Below are positions 22,341-33,132 of a stretch of DNA of 64,000 bases, piece by piece. The notes under the pieces are model-generated. The model did not search any database. It was not told the DNA's origin and was given only the letters and a program-made list of their open reading frames with translations. This DNA comes from Pelagomonas calceolata. Lineage: Eukaryota. The position numbers and the translations under genes were made by a program. Position 1 is the first letter of the stretch. The number at the start of each line of letters is the position of its first letter. The DNA lies in contig CAKKNE010000001.1 in assembly GCA_918797485.1 (NCBI GenBank), forward strand, positions 372,001 to 436,000. The letters are read 5' to 3'.

Positions 22341-23088
22341 TCCGGGCCCGAACCCACAGCGATCCTAACCTCCGAAGGGCCTTAGTAGTCTTAGGTCTTC
22401 TTGGAAAGGGCTGGAAGGGCCCTTCGGGCCCTTCGGGCCCTCCGGGCCCGAACCCACAGCGATCCTAACCTCCGAAGAGGCTTAGTAGTCTAAGGTTTTC
22501 TTGGAAAGGGCTGGAAGGGCCCTTCGGGCCCTTCGGGCCCTCCGGGCCCGAACCCACAGCGATCCTAACCTCCGAAGGGGCTTAGTAGTCTAAGGTTTTC
22601 TTGGAAAGGGCTGGAAGGGCCCTTCGGGCCCTTCGGGCCCTCCGGGCCCGAACCCACAGCGATCCTAACCTCCGAAGAGGCTTAGTAGTCTAAGGTTTTC
22701 TTGGAAAGGGCTGGAAGGGCCCTTCGGGCCCTTCGGGCCCTCCGGGCCCGAACCCACAGTGATCCTAACCTCCGAAGGGGCTTAGTAGTCTTAGGTTTTC
22801 TTGGAAAGGGCTGGAAGGGCCCTTCGGGCCCTTCGGGCCCTCCGGGCCCGAACCCACAGTGATCCTAACCTCCGAAGGGGCTTAGTAGTCTTAGGTTTTC
22901 TTGGAAAGGGCTGGAAGGGCCCTTCGGGCCCTTCGGGCCCTCCGGGCCCGAACCCACAGTGATCCTAACCTCCGAAGGGGCTTAGTAGTCTTAGGTATTC
23001 TTGGAAAGGGCTGGAAGGGCCCTTCGGGCCCTCCGGGCCCTCCGGGCCCGAACCCATCCGAAAGGGCTTAGTAGTCTTAGGTTTTCTT
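22341..23088. repeat. Tandem array: 7 full units of exactly 100 bp plus a truncated 8th
   Basis: TCCGGGCCCGAACCCACAG... recurs at 22341, 22441, ... 23041; few substitutions between units. Confidence 0.97.
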
Positions 23089-23177
23089 CTGCACTTGGTA
23101 ACTGACGGTCACCAGCATCACTGGCTTGCCGCCCGGGTCCCGCACCGCGTACCCCAAAGCATTAACAACAACAACTT

Positions 23178-24747
23178 TTACTCGAGCAACACCAACGCAT
23201 CGCCTCTCTGCATTCGCCCGCGTAGTACCATCTCGTCAATACCCCGCGTTGAGTTGCCGTAGGAAACTCTATTTGTGTTTTCTGGATAAGTAGCCTCCGC
23301 CAGCAACAGAGCGCCTGCTGCGAACGGAACTTGTGACACCGCGAACAACACCGCGAGAGACGACGGCTCCGCAATTAAATCAATAACTCCGAAAGCCAAG
23401 CAAGCACACATGAACGCTGCGAACGCCCACGCCCCGGCCACAACGTCCGTCTCGGCGTAGCGCGAGTCTCGCAAAACCGAAAACGACTCACGGAGTTTCG
23501 TGCTTCCCGCACCGCCGTTTTGAGCGAGTGAATCGGGTAAAGCACCATACACGAGAAGTCCCGTCGCACCCACAATGTAGACACCGGCGACTGCATATAA
23601 GATAGGCACGACGTCCCCCGGATGCGCTGCGATAGCAGCCGCCGCGCCAGCAAGAAATGTCGGCGCACCTACGCCAAGGCCGTACGCTCCAACTAACACG
23701 GCGCTGTCGGTACAGTAGCGCTCTACAAAGACCAGTGCACCGCGGCGCAGACCTCCATCAGCGGCATCGGCCTCTGCCTTCTTTGCGAGCGCGAGGACGT
23801 TTTCAGGATAGGATCCCTGCACCAGAGCTCCTGATCCCAGCAGCCAGAGCAATGCGGATGCCAGGTAAAGCTGATTGGGCAGTACATCAATCGAGTCCGC
23901 CGCAGCGACCACCACGAAGCAGTAAATCACGTACAGGACACCGCCGAGCACGAGCAGCGCGCTGGCGACCTACGCGTGGATCTGAGTTGTGGATGCGCGC
24001 AGTCGACGCAAATATTGATTGATTGACACGGACAGCGACCTGTTGATCAGTCCCGACGTGCCGCGCACGCCACCTTTCAAACCACGGACGCGCGGCTGCA
24101 TCGCGAAGGCGCGCGTCGAGCGTCGCTTCCGCAGCAGCGCGCCGAGCAGCGGCGACCTCGGCACCGCCGACCGCGACGGCACGCGTATTCCTTAGTTTCA
24201 CTTCGACGGCGTCGAAGAGTGGTTCGCTTGCCGATGCGACGCTCAAGCTGCCCGAAATCCTCAGTCGTCTGGTCGCCACAGCCGCCGCCGACGAATACTT
24301 CTCGTCCATCAGCGCCTCGAAGACCTGTTCGCTTGCGTACGTAACACACGCGTCCACCGCAGGCCGCTCGAGGCAGCTCTCGATCTCGACGGCAACGCTG
24401 CACGAAGAGTCGACAGTGACGATAGTCCAGGACGCGTCTCTACCCACACGAAACGCGAGCCGTCGGTCCGCCAGCGTTTGGGGCGCCTCCAGGCCCATCA
24501 TCGCTTCCCAGCACGTAACGCTCAGCGACGAATCGCGCTCGAGGAGCGACAGCGGCGGCGTCTCGGAGGGCTCGGTGTTTGGTTGTCGCCGCCGTCGTCG
24601 AAACCAGCTCGCCACGCGCTGGCGCTTGCCCGTGCGCGCGGCTTGAGCAATCAGTGCGGACGACGCACGTCGCGGCGGCTGCACGAGGCCATGAGTGCTG
24701 TGCTGCAAAAGCAGTGTGAGTAGTTGCAACCGCATGACGAGTGCCAC
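23178..24747 (-). CDS. SCP2 sterol-binding domain fused to a multi-TM domain; intron 23970-24039
   Basis: VTYASEQVFEALMDEKYSSAAAVATRRLRISGSL (SCP2-like); GT..TAG splice joins TDQQ|VASALLVLGGVLY in frame; signal peptide. Confidence 0.7.
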
Positions 24748-24989
24748 CGCTGCGTGTAGCGCTGTATTGGGATGATATATTTCAAATCATTACTGCAGAA
24801 TCGCCTGTGCACTCGCGCAGAGCCGAGTCCGTGCAAAAATGCTGTAAACCCCGAGCCTGCACAGCTGCATGCATGCGGTTTTGGCACGCGTGAGCCAGCA
24901 TAGATCAAAAAGCGAGGCTGAGCGGTCGCGCTACAGTCCTATCAGCTGATCCCAGCAGTTCACCAGAGTCGGCACGACCTTTGCACGCT

Positions 24990-26129
24990 ATGCGATGCTG
25001 CCTGGTGCTTGCGCTGGCCAATGCACTGCTGCCGCCGACAACACATGTGCGCAGCAGACACTGGCTGTACGCCGAGCGCCGCGTCTGGCAGTCTCGCAAG
25101 CTCGGATCGATCGACGCGCTCCAACTCGCGACCGCTCCAATTGACGACGCTGCCGCGGACGCCTGCACGATCGCGGTGCGCGCCATTGGTCTGAATTACG
25201 CAGATATCTTCTCCGTGCTTGGTCTCTACAGCGCTGCCAACGAAGTGCTCGCGGCGGCGCCGACAAGCAGCGGCTTCGTGCCAGGGCTAGAATTCGCGGG
25301 CGTCGTCGAGGACGCGGGCCCGGAGGCTCCGTACAAAAGCGGCGACCGCGTCTTCGGCTTCACGCGCTTCGGCGCCTACGCCGACCGCCTCACGCAGCGC
25401 GCGGCGTTCCTGAGGAAGATCCCGGACGGCTGGTCCTTCGCCGAGGCCGCGTCAGTTATGGTACAAGGGATGACGGCTTACTACGGCCTCGTCGAGCTCG
25501 GTAACGCGAAAAAGGGCTCGCGCGTCCTCGTCGAATCGGCTGCCGGTGGGGTCGGCCTGCAGACGCTCGAGATCTGCGCAAAGCTCGGCTGCCGCGCCGC
25601 CGCGGTCGTCGGCTCGGATGCGAAGGCGGACGTCGTGCGCGCGAGGCATCCCGAAGTCAAGGACATAATCGTTCGGGAATCCACGCCTGACGCCGCGTAC
25701 CGTGCCGCGCTCGACTCATTCGGCTTGATCGACGTCGTCATGGAGTCGCTGGGAGGCCCGTGGTTCGACGAGGGACTGTCGCGCCTCGCGCCTCGCGGCA
25801 GGCTGATCCACTTTGGAGCGACGGCCGCCTACGGTGCGGCACGCGGCGGCCTGCTCAAGTGGCCGGGCCTTGTCGCGGCCTACTTGCGACGGCCACGCGT
25901 CGATCCCGGGGAGCTGACGTCGACGAATCGAGCGGTCTTTGGCTTCAATTTAATCTGGCTGACGGGTGAGGAAGATTACTTGGCAGAGGTCCTCGACGGC
26001 ATGGCCGGCGTGCTCCTCGACCGGCCACCACTCGTCGGCCGGACCTTCGCCTTCGACGCGCTCCCCGACGCGCTCCGTCACCTGCAGAGCGGGTCCTCAA
26101 CAGGAAAAGTCGTCGTTGTTGTAGAGTAG
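24990..26129 (+). CDS. MDR-family NADPH:quinone oxidoreductase (VAT-1-like)
   Basis: GLNYAD, VPGLEFAGVV, TAYYGL, SAAGGVG, STGKVV. Confidence 0.9.
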   Translation: MRCCLVLALANALLPPTTHVRSRHWLYAERRVWQSRKLGSIDALQLATAPIDDAAADACTIAVRAIGLNYADIFSVLGLYSAANEVLAAAPTSSGFVPGLEFAGVVEDAGPEAPYKSGDRVFGFTRFGAYADRLTQRAAFLRKIPDGWSFAEAASVMVQGMTAYYGLVELGNAKKGSRVLVESAAGGVGLQTLEICAKLGCRAAAVVGSDAKADVVRARHPEVKDIIVRESTPDAAYRAALDSFGLIDVVMESLGGPWFDEGLSRLAPRGRLIHFGATAAYGAARGGLLKWPGLVAAYLRRPRVDPGELTSTNRAVFGFNLIWLTGEEDYLAEVLDGMAGVLLDRPPLVGRTFAFDALPDALRHLQSGSSTGKVVVVVE

Positions 26130-26151
26130 TTGTGTGTTTGACTTTACAAAA

Positions 26152-28123
26152 TTAAAAATCCTCCAGCACGCCTCCCGTGGTCCGGACGTGGTGGATCTTC
26201 GTGGGCAGCAGGTGGATCATCTGCTCGCAGAGGTCCAGCTCCCGCGCGAAGAAGTCCTCCGGCAAATTGCGGGCCTTCTTCGCCGCCGCCGCGTCGGCGA
26301 CGCACTGCTTGTAGCGTCGCAGCGAGTCCTCGGCGTGGCGCACGTCGCCCGGGATCGCGACGAAGCGCTTGCCCCGGAGCCGCGCGGCGACGAACTGCGC
26401 GTTCATGTACGCCTCGACGTCCGACTCCGCGAGGCGCTCAATCGCGGACCGCGGCGTGTCGCCCGGCTGCGTCCGCGCGTCGCCCGCGCACTGTTTTAGA
26501 AAGTCGTCGAAGACGTCGCACGTTCGATCCTTGAGCGCCTCGAGCGCCTGCTGCCGCTCCCGCAGGGCTTGGCCGGAGTAGCGCCGCAGGCGCTCGGCCT
26601 TGGCCTCCACGATGGCCGCCAGGACCTGGGCGACCTCGTAGCCGAGCGTGGCGCGCAGGTCGCGGTACGCATCGGCCTGGAGCGCGTCCCGCAGCGGGTC
26701 GAGGCAGGCCACGCGCCGCCGGCGCATCTGCTGGAGCCGCGCGTAGTCCGGCTCTTTCAGACTCACGAGCTTCCAGCACGTCGACTCGAGCCGCGCGAGG
26801 TCGACGTGCTCGGTCACAAAGCCGTCCAAAACGTAGTAGCTCCGCGCGCGCCGCAAAGCGCGCAGCGCCGCCCGGAAGGCGAGGCGTAGGTCGCCGCCAA
26901 TACCGTCCACCAGATCCGGCGACCGCTCCGGCGCGCCGAGCGACCGAAAGTCGGCCGCGAGTGTCGCCGCGGGCGGCTTTGGCGGGGCGGCGCCGTCCTC
27001 CACTTCGGCGAGTATCGAGAGCCAGCCGACCTGTGCGTGCGTATTGTGTGAGTGTTGTTTTCTCTCAGTGAGCGTCCTTCTCTGTACAGGTAGCGACGGT
27101 GCGACGCGTCGCGATGAAAGACTCCGCCCGACTCGCGTGCGCCTGCGCCCAGCACTTGTGCGCGTCCGCGACGACGCTGCCGCGCGGCTCGTCCGGGTCG
27201 TCGTCGACACCGTCGAGCCGCGCCGCGGCGACGCCGGCGCGGCAGCAGCTCATCGCGTCGAGGACGGCGCCCTGGTCCACGAAGAAGCGCGCGAGGCCGA
27301 CGCAGTTCTTGGCCCAGTCCAGAGGCGTGACGCCGTCGAAGGACGGCGTGGGGCCCACGAGCTGGCGCTCGAGCGTCTGCGCGCAGTAGTTCGCGCTGGC
27401 CGCGCCGTCGCCGAGCGACGCGCAGACCTGGGCGAGGTAGTAGATCGTCTTCGTCTCGGCCTCGCGCAGCGTGTCCGCGGAGAAGCCGGCGCCGCCCGGG
27501 AGCGACGGCAGGCGCTCGAGCGCCTCGGCGGCCTTGAGGAGCCGAAAGGCGCGGCGCGGCTGCTCGCGGCCCTGCCAGAGCACGGCCGCGCCATTGAGCG
27601 CGCGCAGCGCCGCCGCGCCGAGTTCGGCGCCCCGGGCGTGCTTCGGCGCGCCCACCAGGGCCGCGTCGCGGACGCACGCCGCACTCGCTACGGCGATGTC
27701 TTCCGCCGTCTCCTCGTCGGCAGCCGCCGCTTGCAGTCGCGCCTCCTCCGATGCGTCCTCGTCGCCGTGGTCGCCCGAGTCGTCGAGCGCCTCGGCGCCG
27801 GGCGCCAGCGCCGCGAGCGCGCGCGCGTAGCAGGGGTCCGCCGCGTGCGGCTCCTCGACGTCGTAGCCAATGTCGCCCAGCGCCGCCTCGCACTCGCCGA
27901 GCAGGGCGCGGACCCAGGGCGTTGTGGTGCCGGCGCCCGGCAGCGCGGCTTCTAAAACCTGGCAGCGCTCCTGGAGCAGCTTGCGCGCCGCGTACTTGTG
28001 CTCGAACGGCGTCTTTTCAGGCGCCGGCAGCACGTTCAGGCGCTCGGCCTCCGCTAGCGTTTCGTCCTGCGCTTTCGCTACGGCGCTCGCATCGAAAGAT
28101 GCGGCGGCGTTGAGTGCGGCCAT
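26152..28123 (-). CDS. KIFBP: KIF-binding protein (KBP); intron 27031-27097
   Basis: PFEHKYAARKLL, TIYYLAQV, YCAQTLERQL, LDWAKNC, YYVLDGFVTEHV, ELDLCEQMIHLLPTKI; splice joins TRRT|VGWLS in frame. Confidence 0.88.
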
Positions 28124-28404
28124 TTGTAGTTTCGAGCAAAGGTGCTTACAACCGGTGCTCACAGGTGGATGCACGGCTGCCGGTGCTAAAGGAGAACTAC
28201 TGTCGAGCCTGCTCACGAACGGTGGCGCTTTATTTCCACCGCTATGGGCAATTTTTGTGTAAGCGAAACCCGTCACCAGAAAACCCGCGTGAGACACGAT
28301 TGACAGTCTCGATCCACCACGTCCGGGCGGGGGGGAGCCTGCTGGAGGATATTAATTTTGTCAGTCATCATGGTTTCTTATTCGTCATGGGGGCTGAGCA
28401 TTCT

Positions 28405-29196
28405 TCAGTTCGAGAAGTACGCCCGCACGCGCAGGTCGCGCCCGTCCAGCTCCGTGCCCTCGAGCGCCTGGACGGCGGCGGCGGCGGCCTCGGAGTAGCG
28501 GTACTCGACGACGGCCGAGCCCGAGGGCCGCTGGTTCTTGCCGCGCGTGAGGAGCTCGACGGACGCGACCTCGCCCACGGAGGAGCAGTGCGCGCGGAGC
28601 TCGGCCTCCGTCGCGTCGAAGCTCAGGTTCATGACGAAGATCTTGGTCGGGTCCACGACCTTGTCCGCGTCGTTGCGCTGGGTCTTCGCCGGCGCGGCCG
28701 CCTTGGTCACGCGCCCCTTGTCCGCGCGGACGCGGATCTCGCGGCCGTCGAAGTCGAGGCCGTCGCACTGCTCGATGGCGTACTTGACCTCGGCGGCGCT
28801 GGCGAACTCCACGAGGCCCCAGCCCTGCGAGCGGCCCGCGCGCGACATCTGCACCTCGGCCTTGACGACCTCGCCGTAGCCGCTGAACAGCTCGCGCAGC
28901 GTGTCGCCCGTCGTCTCCCAAGAGAGATTACCGACGTGGCACACGCACTGGTTGCCGGCCACGCGCTTCCCGCCGCCGCCGCCCTTGCCCGAGTCGAGGC
29001 CCAGGGCCTGCACGGCCTCGTCGAGCGCGTTGCGCAGCTGCACGATGGACCCGCCCGGAATGAGGATGGAGTTCGTCTGCGAGTCGCCGCGCTCCTTGAT
29101 CTTGAGGTACTTGCCAATGTTGTTCTCTTTGACGTCCACGAAAATCTGCTTGCGGCCCGCCGGGAAGCTCGCCGTGAAGATTTCTTCGTCGTCCAT
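28405..29196 (-). CDS. PUR-repeat + two-RRM nucleic-acid binding protein
   Basis: AGRKQIFVDVKENNIGKYLKIKE..SILIP (PUR); VGNLSW..SQGWGLVEF and IFVMNL..SGSAVVEY (RRMs). Confidence 0.85.
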   Translation of the reverse strand: MDDEEIFTASFPAGRKQIFVDVKENNIGKYLKIKERGDSQTNSILIPGGSIVQLRNALDEAVQALGLDSGKGGGGGKRVAGNQCVCHVGNLSWETTGDTLRELFSGYGEVVKAEVQMSRAGRSQGWGLVEFASAAEVKYAIEQCDGLDFDGREIRVRADKGRVTKAAAPAKTQRNDADKVVDPTKIFVMNLSFDATEAELRAHCSSVGEVASVELLTRGKNQRPSGSAVVEYRYSEAAAAAVQALEGTELDGRDLRVRAYFSN

Positions 29197-29657
29197 GGTC
29201 GGCCTGTGGGGAGCGACTTTTCTTGCACTGTCGCGTGGGTCGCGACCGCGCGAGGCGTCCTCGCCTCTCCAAATGGATGCTCTCTCTGGCTGCTCTTTCT
29301 GCTCTCTGCTGCGAGGCGACCGGTAGAAAAACGGCGCGCTCGTACTTAAGGCTGCCGGACGCTGGTTCTCGCCTTGTTTCGGTTGACACGCGCGGCACGG
29401 GCAGCCCTTGGTGGGAACAGGATCCAGAGAGGCCGAAAGCCAGTGGCGGGTTTTGCCTTTCGTGACTGGACAGCGCTCTGTGCGGCGCGCAGTCATTGAA
29501 GGGGCGAAAAAGTGTTGCTCGTCCGACGGCTCCCGAACGTTCGGGTTCCATGCAATGGAGGCTGCATGCCCCAGCGCCGCAACAGCTCGTTGCAGCGCTG
29601 CCAAAGCCACAAATTACCAAAGGGCAGCCCGTTCAGCAGCACCACAAGAAGAAGAAG

Positions 29658-30896
29658 ATGCCGGGACCAAAACAGCGCCACTCCTCGCCCTCGGGCGCCG
29701 AGAAAGCAGCAAAAGACCAGAGGCGGCGCGCCACGGCCCCCGCCGCGCCGACGACGATAGACACGGACTCGACACCGTCAACGCCACGGCCTGCGGAGCC
29801 GGCCGATGCCGGCGAAAGCGCCTGGGCGAACGGCCGCCTCGTGGAACTGCTCCACGAGGGCGACGGCGCCGCCGCGATCAACCACGTCAACGCGCACGTG
29901 GCGACCTGCCCGTCGCTCGCGCGCACGGCCATGGATGCGAAGACGACGCGGTCCGCGCTGCACGTCGCGGCCGCCGCGGGCCAGCCCGCCGTCGTGCGGC
30001 GACTCATCGCGGCGGGCGCCGACCCCGCGCGGCGCGACAAATTCGGCAAGACGGCATTGCACGCGGCGTGCGAGCGCGGGCAGGGCAAAGTCGTCAACGC
30101 GCTGCTCGAAATCGGCGGCGGCGCCGCCGGCGACGCCGCGCGCGACTCGAAGCTCGCCCAGTTGCTGCGCGCCGGCCCGGCGAAGCAACCCCCGATCCAC
30201 CTCGCCGCGAAGAACGACGACGCCGCCATCTGCCTACAGCTCCTGAAAGCCGGCGCCCGACCTGACGAGCCCGCGCCGGCCGACGGCCGGACGGCGCTCC
30301 ACGTCTGCGCGCGCTTCGACTCGGCGCGCTGCGCCGCCGTGCTCCTCGACTGGGCCGCCGACCCGCTGGCAGCGTCGACGGTCCCGCCCTATCACAACCC
30401 GCTCCACGTCGCCGCGTCGCACAACGCGGAGCGCGTCGCGCAGCTCCTCGTCGACCGCGGCGGCGACTTTCACGGCCCGACGAAGCCGCCCAAGGGCTAC
30501 GCCGGGCCCCTTCCGACGCCCTGCGAACTCGCCGTCGCGTGCGGCCACCGCGCGCTGGCCCGGAACTGCGGCGCCGCGGCGCGCGAAAGGCGGGCGCAAC
30601 AGCACCACGACCTCGAGGAGGCGAACGCCGAGTACAGTCGCGTGGCCGGGCGCATTGCGGCGGCGCGGCGCGAGCGGGACCTGGCCGCGCGCCGCTTCGA
30701 CGACACGCAGCGGAGCTACGAGATGTACGCGTCCGAGAACGCCGCGGGTATCCGCGCGTCCGTGGGGACGCCCTCAGGGTCGTCTCGGCCGTCGTCGTCC
30801 CTGCCTTCGTCTCGGCCGTCTTCCCGGCCGTCGTCGCGGCCGTCTCGGCCTTCCTCTCGGCCGGCGTCTTCTGGCTTGAATCGCTCCTCTGCCTAG
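29658..30896 (+). CDS. Ankyrin-repeat protein
   Basis: SALHVAA, GKTALHAAC, GRTALHVCA, NPLHVAA repeats; coiled coil; SSRP-rich tail. Confidence 0.85.
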   Translation: MPGPKQRHSSPSGAEKAAKDQRRRATAPAAPTTIDTDSTPSTPRPAEPADAGESAWANGRLVELLHEGDGAAAINHVNAHVATCPSLARTAMDAKTTRSALHVAAAAGQPAVVRRLIAAGADPARRDKFGKTALHAACERGQGKVVNALLEIGGGAAGDAARDSKLAQLLRAGPAKQPPIHLAAKNDDAAICLQLLKAGARPDEPAPADGRTALHVCARFDSARCAAVLLDWAADPLAASTVPPYHNPLHVAASHNAERVAQLLVDRGGDFHGPTKPPKGYAGPLPTPCELAVACGHRALARNCGAAARERRAQQHHDLEEANAEYSRVAGRIAAARRERDLAARRFDDTQRSYEMYASENAAGIRASVGTPSGSSRPSSSLPSSRPSSRPSSRPSRPSSRPASSGLNRSSA

Positions 30897-30959
30897 TGGT
30901 TAATTATGTGTATCTGTATAAAAACACCACTTACAACAAACAGCCGTCGAGAAGAAGGC

Positions 30960-31427
30960 TCAATCACTCGGCGGAAAGCCCTCGTATTTCGGCAGCCCGT
31001 CGCCGTCGAAGGCGTCGCCGACGATGCGCCGCCCATAAAACAAGTGCATCGTCGGCGCGAGAGGCTCTGGCGGCGGCGCGCCCGGCGCCGCGAAGAGCGC
31101 GGTCGGCACGAACACGGCGCCGAGCTTGTGGTGCACGCCGCCAACCGGCGCGCCGCACGTCGCACATCTTCTGCGCTCGTAGTGCCGCGACGAGCGGTAC
31201 GACGCCGTCGCACCGGTCACGACGACGTCTGCCGTTCGGAAGCCGGCTTCGAGCGCGAACGCCGCGCCGTGCATCGCGCGACACGTGTTGCAATGGCAGT
31301 ACGCGGGCGCGTGCGACGGCGTTACTGATTTCACGTCGATCGTCACGCCGCCGCACGCACATCGGCCACTGAGCTGCGGCGTGCCGCGCGACGACAGTGG
31401 TCGCATACGCAGCCAGAGACGCCTCAT
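30960..31427 (-). CDS. GFA/CENP-V family protein
   Basis: GRCACGGV, CHCNTCRAMHGA, RCATCG, PTMHLFY. Confidence 0.9.
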   Translation of the reverse strand: MRRLWLRMRPLSSRGTPQLSGRCACGGVTIDVKSVTPSHAPAYCHCNTCRAMHGAAFALEAGFRTADVVVTGATASYRSSRHYERRRCATCGAPVGGVHHKLGAVFVPTALFAAPGAPPPEPLAPTMHLFYGRRIVGDAFDGDGLPKYEGFPPSD

Positions 31428-31707
31428 CAAGTGGCTGTGTGCTTTTGCCTACGCAGCCGTTGGCCTGTGCAAACTGCCCAGATCGGCTGGCAGGACTATA
31501 GCGCGATTGCTCAGCCTCCTTTTTTGATCGATGCTGGCTCACGCGGGCAAAAAACAGGCCACAGGCAGCGTAAAACCCGCGAACCCTCGACATTTTGTGG
31601 CCGCGGCGACGCGCGAGCCCATTGCTTGCCCCATAAAAGCACCCAACACACGTGGCCCTTGCATAAGAAACAGGAAGCAACAGTCGCCGCGCCATCAAAA
31701 GCAACAT

Positions 31708-33102
31708 ATGGAGGCGGCCCTCACCCGCAGCGCACAGGGCGGCGACGCCCTGTTCGCCGGCGACGACCCCTTCTCGCCGCCCGCGCCGCCCGTCGCGGCA
31801 CTCAAAGCAAAAGTCGCCAGCAAACTCCACGCCTACGCCGCAACCCGCCCGGCGCCGGGCGCGGCGCCGACCGGCTGCTCCGACGAAAAGGAGCGGCGCG
31901 CGTACGTCGACGAGCTCGCGGCCGCGCTGTCGGGCGCGCGGCGGCGGAAGCGCGCCAAGGGCGCGAAAGCCGAAGCCGAGCCGCCGGCGCCGGCCGAGGG
32001 CGGCGCGATCGTCGTGCGCGGCGGCACGGCGACGGCCGGCGCCAAGGGCGGGGCGCTCGCGGTGCCGCTGCGGCGGCGCGCGGCCGCCGTGCCCGTGCCG
32101 CAGTGGCATGCGCCCTGGGCGCTCCACGCCGTGGCGAGCGGCCACCTGGGCTGGGTGCGCTGCGTCGCGTTCGACCCCCAAAACCAGTGGTTCGTCACGG
32201 GCTCGGCGGACCGCACCATCAAGGTCTGGGACCTGGCAAAGTGCTCCGCTGGCGCCCAGGGCGGCCTAAAGCTCACGCTGACGGGCCACGTCGGCGCCGT
32301 GCGCGGCCTCGCGGTGTCGCCGCGGTCCGCGTACGCCTTCTCCGCGGGCGACGACAAAAAGGTGCTGTGCTGGGACTTGGAAACGAATAAAGTGGTAAGA
32401 CGCTACCACGGCCACCTGAGCGGCGTCTACTGCCTCGCGCTGCACCCGACGCTCGACCTGCTCTTCACGGGCGGCCGCGACAGCTGCGTGCGCTGCTGGG
32501 ACCAGCGCACGTCGAAGCAGGTCATGATGCTCGGCGGCCACCAGGCGACGATCAACAGCGTCGCCGCGGCGGCGACGGACCCGCAGGTCGTCTCGGGCTC
32601 CGCGGACAACACCGTGCGGCTCTGGGACCTCGCCGCGGGCAAGACGCGCGCGACGCTGACGCACCACAAGCGCGGCATCCGCGCCGTCGCCTGCGCGCCC
32701 TTCGACGGGAGCTTCGTCTCGGCCGCGGCCGACGCGGTCCGGACGTGGCGGCGCAAGGACGGCGCGCTGCTGCGGACGATGCGCGGCCACAACGCCGTGC
32801 TGAACGCCTGCGACGTCAATTCCGCGGGCGTGCTGGCGACGGCCGGCGACGACGGCTCGCTGCGCCTCTGGGACTACCGGACCGGGTACAATTTCCAGCG
32901 GCTCGAGACCGTCGCGCAGCCCGGCTCGCTGGCCTGCGAGGCCGGCATCTACGACTGCGCCTTCGACCGCTCGGGCACGCGGCTCATCACGTGCGAGGCG
33001 GACAAGACGGTCAAGATCTGGAAGGAGCAGGCCGAGGCGGACCCGGAGAGCCACCCGATCGACATGGAGTCCTGGACGAAGGAGTGCCGGCGGCGGCGGT
33101 GA
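31708..33102 (+). CDS. PLRG1: Pleiotropic regulator 1 / Prp46 WD40 splicing factor
   Basis: [48 protein letters not shown]. Confidence 0.95.
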   Translation: MEAALTRSAQGGDALFAGDDPFSPPAPPVAALKAKVASKLHAYAATRPAPGAAPTGCSDEKERRAYVDELAAALSGARRRKRAKGAKAEAEPPAPAEGGAIVVRGGTATAGAKGGALAVPLRRRAAAVPVPQWHAPWALHAVASGHLGWVRCVAFDPQNQWFVTGSADRTIKVWDLAKCSAGAQGGLKLTLTGHVGAVRGLAVSPRSAYAFSAGDDKKVLCWDLETNKVVRRYHGHLSGVYCLALHPTLDLLFTGGRDSCVRCWDQRTSKQVMMLGGHQATINSVAAAATDPQVVSGSADNTVRLWDLAAGKTRATLTHHKRGIRAVACAPFDGSFVSAAADAVRTWRRKDGALLRTMRGHNAVLNACDVNSAGVLATAGDDGSLRLWDYRTGYNFQRLETVAQPGSLACEAGIYDCAFDRSGTRLITCEADKTVKIWKEQAEADPESHPIDMESWTKECRRRR

Positions 33103-33132
33103 GGTATGAGCTAGGAGTAAAGGAAGAACATA

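Noticed and set aside
22341..23088. CRISPR array or collagen-like (GPSGPSGPPGP) CDS
   Set aside because: No unique spacers and no cas genes; the 100-bp unit breaks frame and contains stop codons
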